Source: Vampirovibrionales bacterium
GTDB taxonomy: Bacteria > Cyanobacteriota > Vampirovibrionia > Vampirovibrionales > JAGQHJ01
Reading direction: 5' to 3'
Assembly (NCBI GenBank): GCA_025449835.1
Contig: JANWIO010000052.1
Span: 183-64,182, forward strand
DNA length: 64,000 nt
Shown here: positions 1-9,773 of the stretch, in pieces
How the letters are laid out: every line of letters starts with the position of its first letter
How positions within the stretch are numbered: the first letter of the stretch is position 1
Program-made: the position numbers and the translations under genes
The notes under the pieces: model-generated
Seen by the model: the letters and a program-made list of their open reading frames with translations, nothing else
The model's database searches: none
What the model was told of the DNA's origin: nothing

Positions 1-1
1 T

Positions 2-352
2 GGTGTTGGCAGCCCTTTAGGTGCTTATAACCCCGGTATGTTTGGTGCTGGCCTTTCCGGTAATTATGGCAATATGTTGGGTTATGGCATGAACCCAATG
101 GGTGTTGGCGGATATCCAGCCTATAACAGCTTAAATTTTGGTGCGTACGGAAATGGCGCAGCAAATGGCTATCCTAGTCCCATTGGGAATGGCTTCCGAA
201 CAATTCGCCGAACCATCAGCAGACAGGTCACCAAATTGAAACTCTCTTTTTCAAGCAATAATCAAACTTTGTCACCCGGAAACCAACAAACATCGAACAC
301 GCAATTTAAGCTAAACTTCAACAACAGGGCATCTTCTGTCAATTATCAGTAA
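2..352 (+). CDS. 5'-truncated Gly/Asn/Tyr-rich low-complexity hypothetical protein
   Basis: Frame is open from base 2 through the listed ATG at 38 to TAA at 350-352; GxYG-rich composition. Confidence 0.4.
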   Translation, partial: GVGSPLGAYNPGMFGAGLSGNYGNMLGYGMNPMGVGGYPAYNSLNFGAYGNGAANGYPSPIGNGFRTIRRTISRQVTKLKLSFSSNNQTLSPGNQQTSNTQFKLNFNNRASSVNYQ

Positions 353-378
353 CTTTGAGTAAGTCTGATAAACACGGG

Positions 379-726
379 TTAAACCAGCAAATCCAGAAGT
401 GTTGAACTGGGCTTGCTCGCTTTAAGCCAGTCACGGCGTAAGTGCCTAGCCAGATCTATACGAGCGGGTTCTGGGTCATCCTTAAAAGAATAAAATGGTG
501 TAACTTGATGCTTTTGGGCAAAATTCTTAAGCTCTTGAAGCGTATCTTTGGCAATAAACTGATCTGAAAACCCAACAGCAACAGGAAGACTCCTATGGAA
601 AATATTATATTCCCGCCATTCACCACCTGTTAACTGATGAACGTCTTTAAGCAGTTGAAGACGACTTGATAAATTCGGAAAACGGGATTCTGGAATAATT
701 AAAAATGCATGACCACCAAAGCGCAT
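379..726 (-). CDS. hypothetical protein (start re-called at MRFGGH)
   Basis: GGAGG RBS (cctcc 734-738) just upstream of ATG at 726; ends in LDLLV; no recognisable domain. Confidence 0.5.
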   Translation of the reverse strand: MRFGGHAFLIIPESRFPNLSSRLQLLKDVHQLTGGEWREYNIFHRSLPVAVGFSDQFIAKDTLQELKNFAQKHQVTPFYSFKDDPEPARIDLARHLRRDWLKASKPSSTLLDLLV

Positions 727-871
727 CTCTGAACCTCCTATAATGATCAGACTAAATCCTAACACAAATTTTATAGAGGATCCCGTACAAAACTTGTTCT
801 TATTGGCCAACATCTTCATCAACCAATGGATGGTTATTGGTTCCGGGCAAGTGCCGTGATAAAATGAGGCT

Positions 872-1567
872 ATGCCTCAACTCGCATACACAACTCAGCC
901 TATCGTTGCCCCTTCGATTTTATCGGCGGATTTTGCACGTTTGGCCGATGCGTTGGCAACCTTAGAAACCGCAGGAGCGGATTGGGTCCATATTGATGTG
1001 ATGGATGGTCATTTTGTACCCAACTTAACCATTGGACCGCCGGTGATTGAGTGTTTACGAGAACATAGCCAGCTTCCCTTTGATGTTCACTTGATGATTG
1101 AGCATCCAGAACGTTCTCTGGCAAATTACAAGGCGGCTGGGGCTGATTTATTAACCGTTCATGTTGAAACCTGCCCACACCTTAACAGGGTAATTCATCA
1201 AATTAAAGAATTGGACGCACTGGCAGGTGTTTCCTTGAACCCGGCAACCCCTTTATCCAGCATTGAAGAGGTATTAGACATCGTCGATCTCGTTTTAATT
1301 ATGTCCGTGAACCCAGGGTTTGGCGGACAGCGTTTTATTCCACAAACCCTTGATAAACTCCAACGATTGAAAGCCATGATTGGAAGCCGCCCCATTTTTA
1401 TTGAGGTGGATGGGGGGATTTCTCCCCAAAATGCGCAGTCGGTGAGAAAGGCGGGGGCTCAGGTTTTGGTTTCAGGGTCTGCCATATTTCAAGCAAATCA
1501 AGAGATGAAAAGTGTGATTACACAACTTCGTATGCCCCATAAAGCGTCAACATCATGCAGTGGCTAA
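872..1567 (+). CDS. rpe: ribulose-phosphate 3-epimerase
   Basis: APSILSADF, HIDVMDGHFVPN, MSVNPGFGGQ and VDGG motifs. Confidence 0.96.
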   Translation: MPQLAYTTQPIVAPSILSADFARLADALATLETAGADWVHIDVMDGHFVPNLTIGPPVIECLREHSQLPFDVHLMIEHPERSLANYKAAGADLLTVHVETCPHLNRVIHQIKELDALAGVSLNPATPLSSIEEVLDIVDLVLIMSVNPGFGGQRFIPQTLDKLQRLKAMIGSRPIFIEVDGGISPQNAQSVRKAGAQVLVSGSAIFQANQEMKSVITQLRMPHKASTSCSG

Positions 1568-2301
1568 ATAAACACCCTTTTATCGTTGCTTTCTTAGTAT
1601 TCTGGTTCATCAGTTCCAGCATCCGAGTGACCTTTGCCCAATATGAAAACGATACGCTTTATGATGCTCGAAGCAGTGAACATAAATCCGGTGCAAATAC
1701 CCCACGAGAATACTTTATTCCCCCAACACCCCCCTATAACAAAACGGATTTAAAAGAATATTTAGACTACCGCAATACTTATTATTCTCCCTACGCCCAA
1801 CTTCAACTCTTCCGAATGGTTCAAATTGGAAAAACCCGCTTAAATGTTGGCTATTACTTGGTCAAACTCAGCATGGTGTTACCCAAAAACGATCCAAATA
1901 CCGCCAATAGAGTTGGCCCAAGAAAAGTAGGAGAAAACACACCCCCCGATCCGTATGCGCCACAGCATTATAGTTTTTTTGAAAAACTGTCTCCTTCCTT
2001 TTGGCAAAATGGGCGGCCTCCAGATGTAAAACCTATTTATCCACCCATTAATAATGAGCAAGCTTCGGACCAAAGCCAGCAAGCCCATGCCAGTTTAATG
2101 ATTAAACAAAAAGGGTCAGTGGATTTAGCCATTCCCATCGTTTCCTCAGAGCCTGCAAAACATCGTATCAAGAATGGGCCAATCGCCGAGCTTCTCATTC
2201 AACCAGGGGACCCTTTAACCCCACAAGTCGTTTACTTAAAGTATTGTGTGGAACAAATTTGCTACAAAACAGCCGCATTAACACCAGGTTTGGTACAATA
2301 A
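1555..2301 (+). CDS. hypothetical exported/membrane-anchored protein
   Basis: 248-aa ORF overlapping the rpe end; N-terminal hydrophobic signal-like segment. Confidence 0.6.
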   Translation: MQWLNKHPFIVAFLVFWFISSSIRVTFAQYENDTLYDARSSEHKSGANTPREYFIPPTPPYNKTDLKEYLDYRNTYYSPYAQLQLFRMVQIGKTRLNVGYYLVKLSMVLPKNDPNTANRVGPRKVGENTPPDPYAPQHYSFFEKLSPSFWQNGRPPDVKPIYPPINNEQASDQSQQAHASLMIKQKGSVDLAIPIVSSEPAKHRIKNGPIAELLIQPGDPLTPQVVYLKYCVEQICYKTAALTPGLVQ

Positions 2302-2355
2302 ATTTTCAGTATTCGGTATAATTAAAAATGAAGTGCTGGGAATTTGGGGCTAAGC

Positions 2356-2670
2356 ATGATTCTAGAAGCATTCAGCCAGACTTTACGTCGTGAATGGGAA
2401 CAGGATGAGAATCCTGCGACTGAAATTCTGCATGGCTGGCTCTTTAATATCCTCACGGAGGCCAGTCCCATTGACAACGTGAGTAAAGTGATTCATGCCG
2501 AAGTTGCCTTAATTGATGTCTCAGGGAATCCTTCTTTTATTGGGAGATCCAAAACCGGCGAAACATTGCTAAAAAGTCTTTATTTGTATTGTGAAAGTTT
2601 TGAGCGCTGGCAATTTAGCCGCTGGCTTCATCATTTAAAACCCCATCACTTTGATCAAATTTCCACATAA
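2356..2670 (+). CDS. hypothetical protein
   Basis: ATG at 2356, in frame with the listed TTG start; followed by a terminator hairpin. Confidence 0.6.
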   Translation: MILEAFSQTLRREWEQDENPATEILHGWLFNILTEASPIDNVSKVIHAEVALIDVSGNPSFIGRSKTGETLLKSLYLYCESFERWQFSRWLHHLKPHHFDQIST

Positions 2671-2671
2671 T

Positions 2672-2702
2672 AAAAGACGCCCAAGAATCCTTGAGCGTCT
2701 TT
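2672..2702. terminator. bidirectional intrinsic terminator
   Basis: aaaagacgcccaag-aatc-cttgagcgtcttt hairpin between convergent genes. Confidence 0.75.
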
Positions 2703-2722
2703 GAGATTATCTAGTCAGTATT

Positions 2723-3811
2723 TTAGCCTGTTGGCAATTTTATATTTATTCCGAGATTCGCTAAGAACTGCTGAAAATCTTGAAGGAATGTCTGTGGCGA
2801 ATTAGTACCGGTATTAACATTATCTGCTCCACCGGCCAATAAGTTGGCAAAAGGATTATCTCCAGACCAACTTTGGAATTCAAGAGGGCTAACGTTGCTA
2901 TTTACAGGCGAAGTGGGTGGATTGCTGGTAGGACTGGCTGAAGAGGAGACTGTTCCACTTGAATTACCATCATTATTGGCTACACTACTATCCAGTTTAA
3001 CAGGGGGTAGTGTGCCTAGTATGGGGGGAGGATCGTTGTCAGAAGATTTTACACCTAAGGGCCCCGGATCACTTCCGCCAGTCCAAACGACCTCAATAGG
3101 GGGTGTGAATCCGGTAGGAGGAATAGGATTGCTTCCTCCTACCTGTATAGGTGCACCTACGGGGTCACGATCCCCGTCTGAGTCTTCAGAATCAGATGGC
3201 TGAGACACTACGGTTGAACTTGTACTCGATGTCGTTGGGGCAGTGTCCGAACTTACATTTGGTGAAGGAGCCGGGACAGTAACCGATGTTGTTGACGTCG
3301 TTGAAGTATCTGTTGAGCTGCTGCTATCTGTTGATGGCGCTGTAGAGCTAGAGCTACTCGTTGTAGAACTGCTCTCTGTTGATGGGGCTGTAGAGCTAGA
3401 GCTACTCGTTGAAGAACTGCTATCTGTTGATGACGGTGTAGAGCTAGAGCTACTCGTTGAAGCACTGCTATCTGTTGATGACGGTGTAGAGCTAGAGCTA
3501 CTCGTTGAAGGCTGAACTGATTTATCATCATCGTCATTATCATTATCTTTACGGGAAATATTGGCTTGAATGGAGAGAAGGCCATTCTGATTGGCATGAT
3601 TTAAAGCGTTTTGTAAACCCCAATTTTGACGATCCCCATCTTTATCTGTTTTAGAATCCGGTTTTTTACTGGAAGAAGGTGGCGTTTGGGGTTGTATGGA
3701 AGACTTTGAACCACCATCATGTTTTTCGTGAGAATCTTTTTTCTTATGATTATCCCAGTTCGCATGTAAGTTTACGTGACTATCAAGTCCTCTTCCACCA
3801 ATTCGTGTCAT
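2723..3811 (-). CDS. Ser/Thr/Pro/Asp-rich intrinsically disordered hypothetical protein
   Basis: 362-aa ORF with AGGAG RBS; internal STSSSSSTPSSTDSS repeats. Confidence 0.7.
   Translation of the reverse strand: MTRIGGRGLDSHVNLHANWDNHKKKDSHEKHDGGSKSSIQPQTPPSSSKKPDSKTDKDGDRQNWGLQNALNHANQNGLLSIQANISRKDNDNDDDDKSVQPSTSSSSSTPSSTDSSASTSSSSSTPSSTDSSSSTSSSSSTAPSTESSSTTSSSSSTAPSTDSSSSTDTSTTSTTSVTVPAPSPNVSSDTAPTTSSTSSTVVSQPSDSEDSDGDRDPVGAPIQVGGSNPIPPTGFTPPIEVVWTGGSDPGPLGVKSSDNDPPPILGTLPPVKLDSSVANNDGNSSGTVSSSASPTSNPPTSPVNSNVSPLEFQSWSGDNPFANLLAGGADNVNTGTNSPQTFLQDFQQFLANLGINIKLPTG
3321..3510. repeat. 48-nt coding tandem repeat, ~4 copies
   Basis: Unit gtagagctagagctactcgttgaagaactgctatctgttgatgacggt with few substitutions; encodes a 16-aa Ser-rich unit. 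Confidence 0.9.
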
Positions 3812-4005
3812 GGAATCTCTCCTTTATTTTTTCGCTTTCAAAAATATCAATTATTTAAATAAAAACAATCAATCTTCTTGAATTGCGGCAATTTCTCGAT
3901 CTTTATTTTTTCCTAAGAGAGAGATATAAATTTTTTATATACGAGTCCCGTCTTATATAAAACGGATTTTTACGGGATATTCAACGCCCCATTTTTCGCA
4001 AAAAA

Positions 4006-4050
4006 AGTGGCCCCAGTAGGATTCGAACCTACAACCAAGCGATTATGAGT
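4006..4050. repeat. att core, left copy (displaced 3' portion of tRNA-Ile2)
   Basis: agtggccccagtaggattcgaacctacaaccaagcgattatgagt, identical to 18961-19005. Confidence 0.95.
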
Positions 4051-4177
4051 AACCCAGAGAATGAATCTGATTGATTCTATAAGGTTCTATGACATGCTCT
4101 ATTCTTAAATCATAGCGATGACGGTGCTTCTAGGAATTTCCATAAATCTCGGACAAATTCGATGTTTTTCCATGCTC

Positions 4178-4199
4178 GATTACACAAGAATTACACAAG
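4178..4199 (+). promoter_or_regulatory. putative integrase arm-type binding sites (tandem ATTACAC repeats)
   Basis: gattacacaagaattacacaag; near-identical tandem gattacaccaaaattacacaaa at 18889-18910, inside the other island end. Confidence 0.65.
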
Positions 4200-4502
4200 G
4201 ATTTTAGTCCTAAGAGTGCTAAGTACATTAGGGTAAGTAGGATTCTTGAGAGTTTTTTCCTATACTCGTAATTTGATCATCTTGAGTTAATCCCAAGAAT
4301 GGCAGGTTAACATGACCTCTGAGGCTAGACTCTTGAATCCGTATAAGTTCAATTAGATTACTGGGGCTCAGTTTTTCGAGATTAAACATTAACAGCCTCT
4401 TCATTTATAGAAGTGGGTTTAACAAGTTCATTCGATTAGGTGAGTTCGGCTAATACAGACCTTGGGACATTAAATCTGTGGAAAGCCTTGAATCATGTCA
4501 TT

Positions 4503-4562
4503 TGTCGAAGGAATCGACATAAATGTTCTATATGTCGATTTTTTTTATTTTTTTCGACATAT
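4503..4562. promoter_or_regulatory. cluster of four TGTCGA/TCGACA half-sites including a perfect ATATGTCGA-N15-TCGACATAT inverted repeat
   Basis: Half-sites at 4503, 4514, 4533 and 4554, abutting the fic stop codon. Confidence 0.5.
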
Positions 4563-5662
4563 CATCCCCGAAGAACCTCTACCAGGCCTTTGTTTATGTA
4601 GTATATTTCTCGACCGATCTTAAATGGCTCCAAGAGACCTATTTGACTAATCTTTTGGAGATATTCAGAGGCTGTCTGCCTTTTAGCAATACCGTCTTGG
4701 ACTAAAAAATTTATCTTACAGTATGGATGTTTGAAAAGTAGCTCTAATAGCTCTCTACTATAGATAGATGGAAGCTGGTCACGGATCAGCCGCTTAGTTT
4801 GCTCCATCAGGGCAACAATCTCTTGCACTTTAGCGAGTGTTTCCGCAGCAGTTTCTTCGACGGCCTTTAAGATATAAAGTGTCCATTCTTCCCAAGCATT
4901 TTCTTCCGTAATAGAACGTAAACCTTGATAGTATCGTGTCTTATTCTCAATAATGTAACGGCTTAAGTAGAGAATGGGCCAATCTAGAAGGTTTTGGTCA
5001 ACTAAATATAAGATGTTTAGGATTCTACCTGTTCGTCCGTTTCCATCGGGAAAAGGATGTATGGCTTCGAACTGATAGTGTCCAATAGCCATTTTGACCA
5101 AGGGATCCCAGTCCAGGTGGGGTTCATCATTAAAGAAACTTTCTAGATTGGCTAATTTGTCTCGTATAACGGCTTCTCCCTCTGGTGGGGTATAGATAAT
5201 ATTACCTGTAACAGGATTGGCAATTTTGGTACCTGGTAGTTTTCGAATATCAAAGTTAGGGCCTTTTATTTCTTGAGCAATTTCAACAAATAAACGAGTA
5301 CTGAAGGGTGTACCATTCTCAAGCTGTTTAAACCCATACCAAATAGCCTCTCGATAACTAATAACTTCTTTTGTCGCAGGATCCATTTGGATTGTCGGAT
5401 CAGAAGCGGCTTTAAATAAGTCATCTTGTGTTGTTACAATATTTTCAATCTCAGATGATAGCCGGGCCTCTTGTAAAATCAAGGCATCAATCATTAATCT
5501 TGGATTAGGGACTTGAGCTAAGCGCCCTTTTAACTCAGCCAACCGGCTCCTTGAGCGAATAATCTGTTTCAAAATAGCCACTGTTTCAAAATCCACAGAG
5601 GGGGGTAATAAGGGCAAATCATTATAAGGTAGGTTTGGGTCGTGATTATTCATAATTTCCAA
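4562..5662 (-). CDS. fic: Fic family protein (AMPylase, N-terminal autoinhibitory motif, C-terminal wHTH-like region)
   Basis: HPFPDGNGRTGR Fic motif; SSEIEN inhibitory (S/T)xxxE(G/N) motif. Confidence 0.92.
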   Translation of the reverse strand: MEIMNNHDPNLPYNDLPLLPPSVDFETVAILKQIIRSRSRLAELKGRLAQVPNPRLMIDALILQEARLSSEIENIVTTQDDLFKAASDPTIQMDPATKEVISYREAIWYGFKQLENGTPFSTRLFVEIAQEIKGPNFDIRKLPGTKIANPVTGNIIYTPPEGEAVIRDKLANLESFFNDEPHLDWDPLVKMAIGHYQFEAIHPFPDGNGRTGRILNILYLVDQNLLDWPILYLSRYIIENKTRYYQGLRSITEENAWEEWTLYILKAVEETAAETLAKVQEIVALMEQTKRLIRDQLPSIYSRELLELLFKHPYCKINFLVQDGIAKRQTASEYLQKISQIGLLEPFKIGREIYYINKGLVEVLRG

Positions 5663-5729
5663 CCTTATTTTTATTCTGCCAGCTTAGCAGATTTTTTCTT
5701 GAAGAATGTGATACTTCTCATCGTTATAC

Positions 5730-8700
5730 TTATTCCCCAAGCTCTGCGGCTGTTAGTGCGGCTGCCTGTTCGAGAACCGTCTGAGTCGCTGACTCCTGTT
5801 TGTCAGGAGGGTAGTTGTATTTTCGGAGTATCCGCCTGACCATAACCCGTAACTTTGCTTGAACGCTTTCTTTCTTGGTCCAGTCAATGGTGGCATTCCG
5901 TCGAACCGTATCCACCAAGTCTCTGGCAATTGCTTTAAGCGTTTCATCTCCAAGCTCCATGACGGCACTATCATTGACCTCAAGAGCCTCATAAAAAGCA
6001 GCTTCATCTTCCGCAAGCCCTAGCTCTTCCCCTCGTTCTTGTGCCTTTTTGAAATCCTTGGCCATATCCACCAGTTCTTGGATTACTTGGGCAGTTTCAA
6101 TCTGCTTGGCATAATATCGCTTGATGGCATCATCTAGCATTTCTGAGAACTTCTTGGCTTGAACCACATTCTTTTTGGAGCGAGTTTTTATGGCGTCTGT
6201 CAGAAGCTTTCGTAGGAGTTCGAAGGCAAGGTTCTTTTTCTCAATACCTTGCACTTCCGCAAGGAACTCATCCGACAGAATGGAAATATCCGGTGTTTTG
6301 AGCCCAGCCGCTGAAAAAATATCCACAATTTCGGTGGAAGAAACAGCCTTAGAAACAATCTGCTGAAGTGCTGTATCCAATTGCTCAAGCGTCTTACCTG
6401 ACCCAGTGGTACTTTTTGCGAAGGCAGCTCGGATCGTTTGGAAAAGTCCAACTTCGTCTCTAATCTCGATGGCTTCATCTGTAGTAGCAGCCAGAGCAAA
6501 AGCATGGGATAGTTCCAAGACAGCCTGCATGTATCTCTGCTTTCCGTCATCTAGGCCAAGAATATGCTCCATGGCCTCTGTAATGGTTGTTAAACGCTCT
6601 GTAGGTGAACCAGTTAAACCTTTACCATAATCATATCCACTGAGTAGGTTTCGGGTCAGTTCCACCTTCTCCAACATGACCGCTATGGCTTCTTCAATTG
6701 GGATACCAGCCTCTCGTCGATCACCTTCGGTATAATCCATCAAGGCTTTTTTGAGTAGATCGGCAATAGCGATATAATCCACCACTAAACCGCCTTGCTT
6801 ATCCTTGAAGACACGATTCACACGAGCAATGGCCTGCATCAGATTATGCCCCTTCATAGGTTTGTCAACATACATGGTATGCAGACACGGCGCATCAAAG
6901 CCGGTCAACCACATGTCCCTTACAATAACCAGTTTTAAAGGGTCACTTGGGTCTTTTAACCGCTTTGCTATAGGGTCCCGCTTATCCTTGCTTCTTCTAC
7001 CATGGAGCTGCCAGTTTTCTGGGTCTGATGAAGAACCTGTCATAATGACCTTGATTTTACCTTTGGTGTCATCCTCACTATGCCAATCGGGACGTAGGGC
7101 AGTGATGGCTTCATATAACGCAACGCAAATCCGGCGGCTCATTCCCACAATCATTCCCTTACCCGCCATGGCGGCTATACGTTCTTCAAAATGAGTCACA
7201 ATATCCTGAGCGACTAGCTTAATACGATTTTCTGCCCCCACCAGTGCTTCAATACGAGACCACTTGGATTTTTCTTTTTCAACGCGGCTCAGCTCCTCTC
7301 CTTCGGTAACCTCTTCAAAATCCTCATCCAGATATTTCTTTACTTCTTCATCAATACCAATTTTGACCAGACGGCTCTCATAAAAGATTCGAACAGTTGA
7401 GCCGTCTTCCACAGCCCTTTGAATATCGTAGATATCAATGTAATCTCCAAAAATAGCAGGGGTATTCTTGTCTATTGCCTCCACCGGAGTTCCGGTGAAA
7501 CCAATAAAGGAAGCGTTCGGCAGGGCCTGTCGAAGCATTGCAGCAAAACCTACCGATTTTTTGCCGGTTTTCTGATCAATCTTCGTTTTAAATCCGTACT
7601 GGCTCCGATGGGCTTCATCGGCAATGACCACAATATTTGAACGGTCTGAAAGCAGTGGAAATACTTCTTCTCCTTCAGAGAGGGCAAACTTCTGGATGGT
7701 GGTAAAAATTACCCCACCGGAGCCAGTTTGTAAAAGTTTTCGCAGATCATCACGATCACCAGCTTGGACAGGCTTTTGCCTCAAAAGATCACGACAGTGA
7801 CCAAAAGTACCAAACAATTGATCATCCAGATCATTCCGGTCAGTCAGAACCACCAACGTTGGGTTTTTCATGGCTGGGTGTTGGATAATCTTACCAGCAT
7901 AAAAAACCATGGTAAGACTCTTACCAGAGCCTTGTGTATGCCAAACAACCCCAGCTTTATGCTCTCCACGTGTGGCCTCGATGGAACTATCAACAGCCTT
8001 GTTAACTGCATGATATTGGTGGTACCCAGCGATTTTTTTGATGATTTGCTTACCGTCATCTTCAAACACCGTGAAATGTCGAAGCATATCCAGAAACACT
8101 CGCTGATTGAAGACGCCCTTGATAAGAGTTTCAAGCTCTGGAAGGCCTTTAGAGGTAATAGTACTGCCATCAATGGTTCGCCATGGCATAAACCTCTCAA
8201 AATCAGCCGAGAGCGTTCCCATCCGTGCCTCGATACCATCTGAAATAACCATCACCCCATTGGTGCTGAACAGCGAAGGAATGTCATTTTTGTAATTTTG
8301 AAGCTGGGTAAAGGCTTTATCTATAGTGGCGTTTTCATCCCCGACATTTTTGAGTTCAATGACAGCAACAGGTAGACCATTCAAGAAAATAACCACATCC
8401 GGGCGTCTGTTTTTACCACCTTGCTCCACCGTAAATTGGTTGACAGCTAGCCAATCGTTATTTTCAGGATGTTCAAAATCTACGGGATAAACCGGCACAT
8501 AATGCGTTGAGCCGTCTGTCCGTCGTTTCTCTACCGGAATTCCATTAACCAACAATTGATAGAATGCCCGGTTGGTTTCAAACAAACTAGGAAGGTCCAA
8601 CCGGTTGAGTTGGCGAATGGCTTCCTCGATCATATCTGACGAAACACCGGGATTGATGGTTCCCATGGAACGCCTTAAGCGAGTTGCTAAGAGCGTCTCT

Positions 8701-8825
8701 TGATAATCCCCTCGCTCGGCCCACATTTCCTCTGGGGCAATCGTTGGCCCAAAAACAACCTCATACCCTAGGGAATTTAACCACTCAAGACAGGCTTCTT
8801 CAACACAGCTTTCAGAGAAATTCAT
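5730..8825 (-). CDS. hsdR: type I restriction endonuclease subunit R
   Basis: PD...ELK nuclease motif, HTQGSGKS Walker A, DEAH box, MWLTGFD and QAIARVNR helicase motifs; 1031 aa. Confidence 0.97.
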   Translation of the reverse strand: MNFSESCVEEACLEWLNSLGYEVVFGPTIAPEEMWAERGDYQETLLATRLRRSMGTINPGVSSDMIEEAIRQLNRLDLPSLFETNRAFYQLLVNGIPVEKRRTDGSTHYVPVYPVDFEHPENNDWLAVNQFTVEQGGKNRRPDVVIFLNGLPVAVIELKNVGDENATIDKAFTQLQNYKNDIPSLFSTNGVMVISDGIEARMGTLSADFERFMPWRTIDGSTITSKGLPELETLIKGVFNQRVFLDMLRHFTVFEDDGKQIIKKIAGYHQYHAVNKAVDSSIEATRGEHKAGVVWHTQGSGKSLTMVFYAGKIIQHPAMKNPTLVVLTDRNDLDDQLFGTFGHCRDLLRQKPVQAGDRDDLRKLLQTGSGGVIFTTIQKFALSEGEEVFPLLSDRSNIVVIADEAHRSQYGFKTKIDQKTGKKSVGFAAMLRQALPNASFIGFTGTPVEAIDKNTPAIFGDYIDIYDIQRAVEDGSTVRIFYESRLVKIGIDEEVKKYLDEDFEEVTEGEELSRVEKEKSKWSRIEALVGAENRIKLVAQDIVTHFEERIAAMAGKGMIVGMSRRICVALYEAITALRPDWHSEDDTKGKIKVIMTGSSSDPENWQLHGRRSKDKRDPIAKRLKDPSDPLKLVIVRDMWLTGFDAPCLHTMYVDKPMKGHNLMQAIARVNRVFKDKQGGLVVDYIAIADLLKKALMDYTEGDRREAGIPIEEAIAVMLEKVELTRNLLSGYDYGKGLTGSPTERLTTITEAMEHILGLDDGKQRYMQAVLELSHAFALAATTDEAIEIRDEVGLFQTIRAAFAKSTTGSGKTLEQLDTALQQIVSKAVSSTEIVDIFSAAGLKTPDISILSDEFLAEVQGIEKKNLAFELLRKLLTDAIKTRSKKNVVQAKKFSEMLDDAIKRYYAKQIETAQVIQELVDMAKDFKKAQERGEELGLAEDEAAFYEALEVNDSAVMELGDETLKAIARDLVDTVRRNATIDWTKKESVQAKLRVMVRRILRKYNYPPDKQESATQTVLEQAAALTAAELGE

Positions 8826-9773
8826 CTAATTTTGTACTGGTCGCTTGGCATCCACATCAAAAAGCTCTTGGTTAATAATAGACTCAACCCGTCCATTAGT
8901 GAAAAAGTGTAAAATGAGTTCAACTTTTTCTGCTGTCATAATTAATAGACCGTCATCATCATATTCTAATCCCAGGTTTCTCTCTTCATTAGCTTGCCGA
9001 AGGCTTATAAGAAACTCACTGTCTCTGTAATAACCCAACTCTTTAACTTTGGCAATCTTTCTCAACAAGCGCAAATTATTCCCAATGTGTAATTCTAATC
9101 CATCGGTACTTTGAAACACATTTAATTGTTCGAACTCGGCAATCACATCATGCTTATCTTGTATCATACCTTCTCGGAAATTGAGATCTAGTTCAAAATT
9201 ATTCTTATAAAAAATAAAAATCGTTCCTGCATAACTAAAGAAGTCGAAATAATCATCTATTTTGAATATAGCTTTATCTTCAAGAACGAGTTCCATATGA
9301 GAAGAGAAAATCAGGTTTATTGCACCCAAATTTTTCTTTGTTGCCCAACCTTTTGGTGCTCTCCTAACAGCAAATAAAGGTAATTGATTGGGCAAATAGA
9401 GTCGTGTGACGTAGAACCAGGCATCAAAGAGCTGATTTTGGGAGTTCGCAATTTCCGGGGGGTCAATACCAGTGATAGTATCCACAATGGATTGGAAATC
9501 TGTTTCGCTTGTTGTAATGGTTAGCAGATTGTCATCTTGATCAACGGTGTTGAAATCATATTCCATAACACCCTGTGCAGAGGAGAGGCGTCTCTGAAAT
9601 ACCGCTTGAAGATTTTGTTGGATATTCTCTCCAATATTTACAAGAAGAACCTCGTAATGTGCGGACTTCTTGACTAAGCGACGTTTAACAACATAGAAGG
9701 ATACTGATGAATTCAGCCAATTTAAAGCCTTAATATTAGCGAGTGTTGGTGATACTTGGGGCATCAACCCCAT
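8826..9773 (-). CDS. kwaB: Kiwa anti-phage protein KwaB-like (DUF4868-type)
   Basis: ~315-aa soluble protein with FKIDDYFDF...NFELDLNF pattern, directly downstream of a KwaA-like membrane gene; recognised by eye. Confidence 0.72.
   Translation of the reverse strand: MGLMPQVSPTLANIKALNWLNSSVSFYVVKRRLVKKSAHYEVLLVNIGENIQQNLQAVFQRRLSSAQGVMEYDFNTVDQDDNLLTITTSETDFQSIVDTITGIDPPEIANSQNQLFDAWFYVTRLYLPNQLPLFAVRRAPKGWATKKNLGAINLIFSSHMELVLEDKAIFKIDDYFDFFSYAGTIFIFYKNNFELDLNFREGMIQDKHDVIAEFEQLNVFQSTDGLELHIGNNLRLLRKIAKVKELGYYRDSEFLISLRQANEERNLGLEYDDDGLLIMTAEKVELILHFFTNGRVESIINQELFDVDAKRPVQN

Noticed and set aside
3321..3510. Possible CRISPR array
   Set aside because: Contiguous in-frame repeats with no unique spacers; no cas genes in the window.
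2844..3597. Alternative-frame ORFs with repeats (VELELLVEELLSVDDG; QRVALALHRHQQIAVL)
   Set aside because: Shadows of the 48-nt tandem repeat; the 362-aa minus-strand ORF has the RBS and terminator.
4006..4050. Second tRNA gene
   Set aside because: Only the 3' part is present; no D-arm or 5' acceptor strand, so it is the att duplication.
4562..5730. Fic toxin-antitoxin pair
   Set aside because: No small upstream antitoxin ORF; the inhibitory motif is inside the Fic protein.
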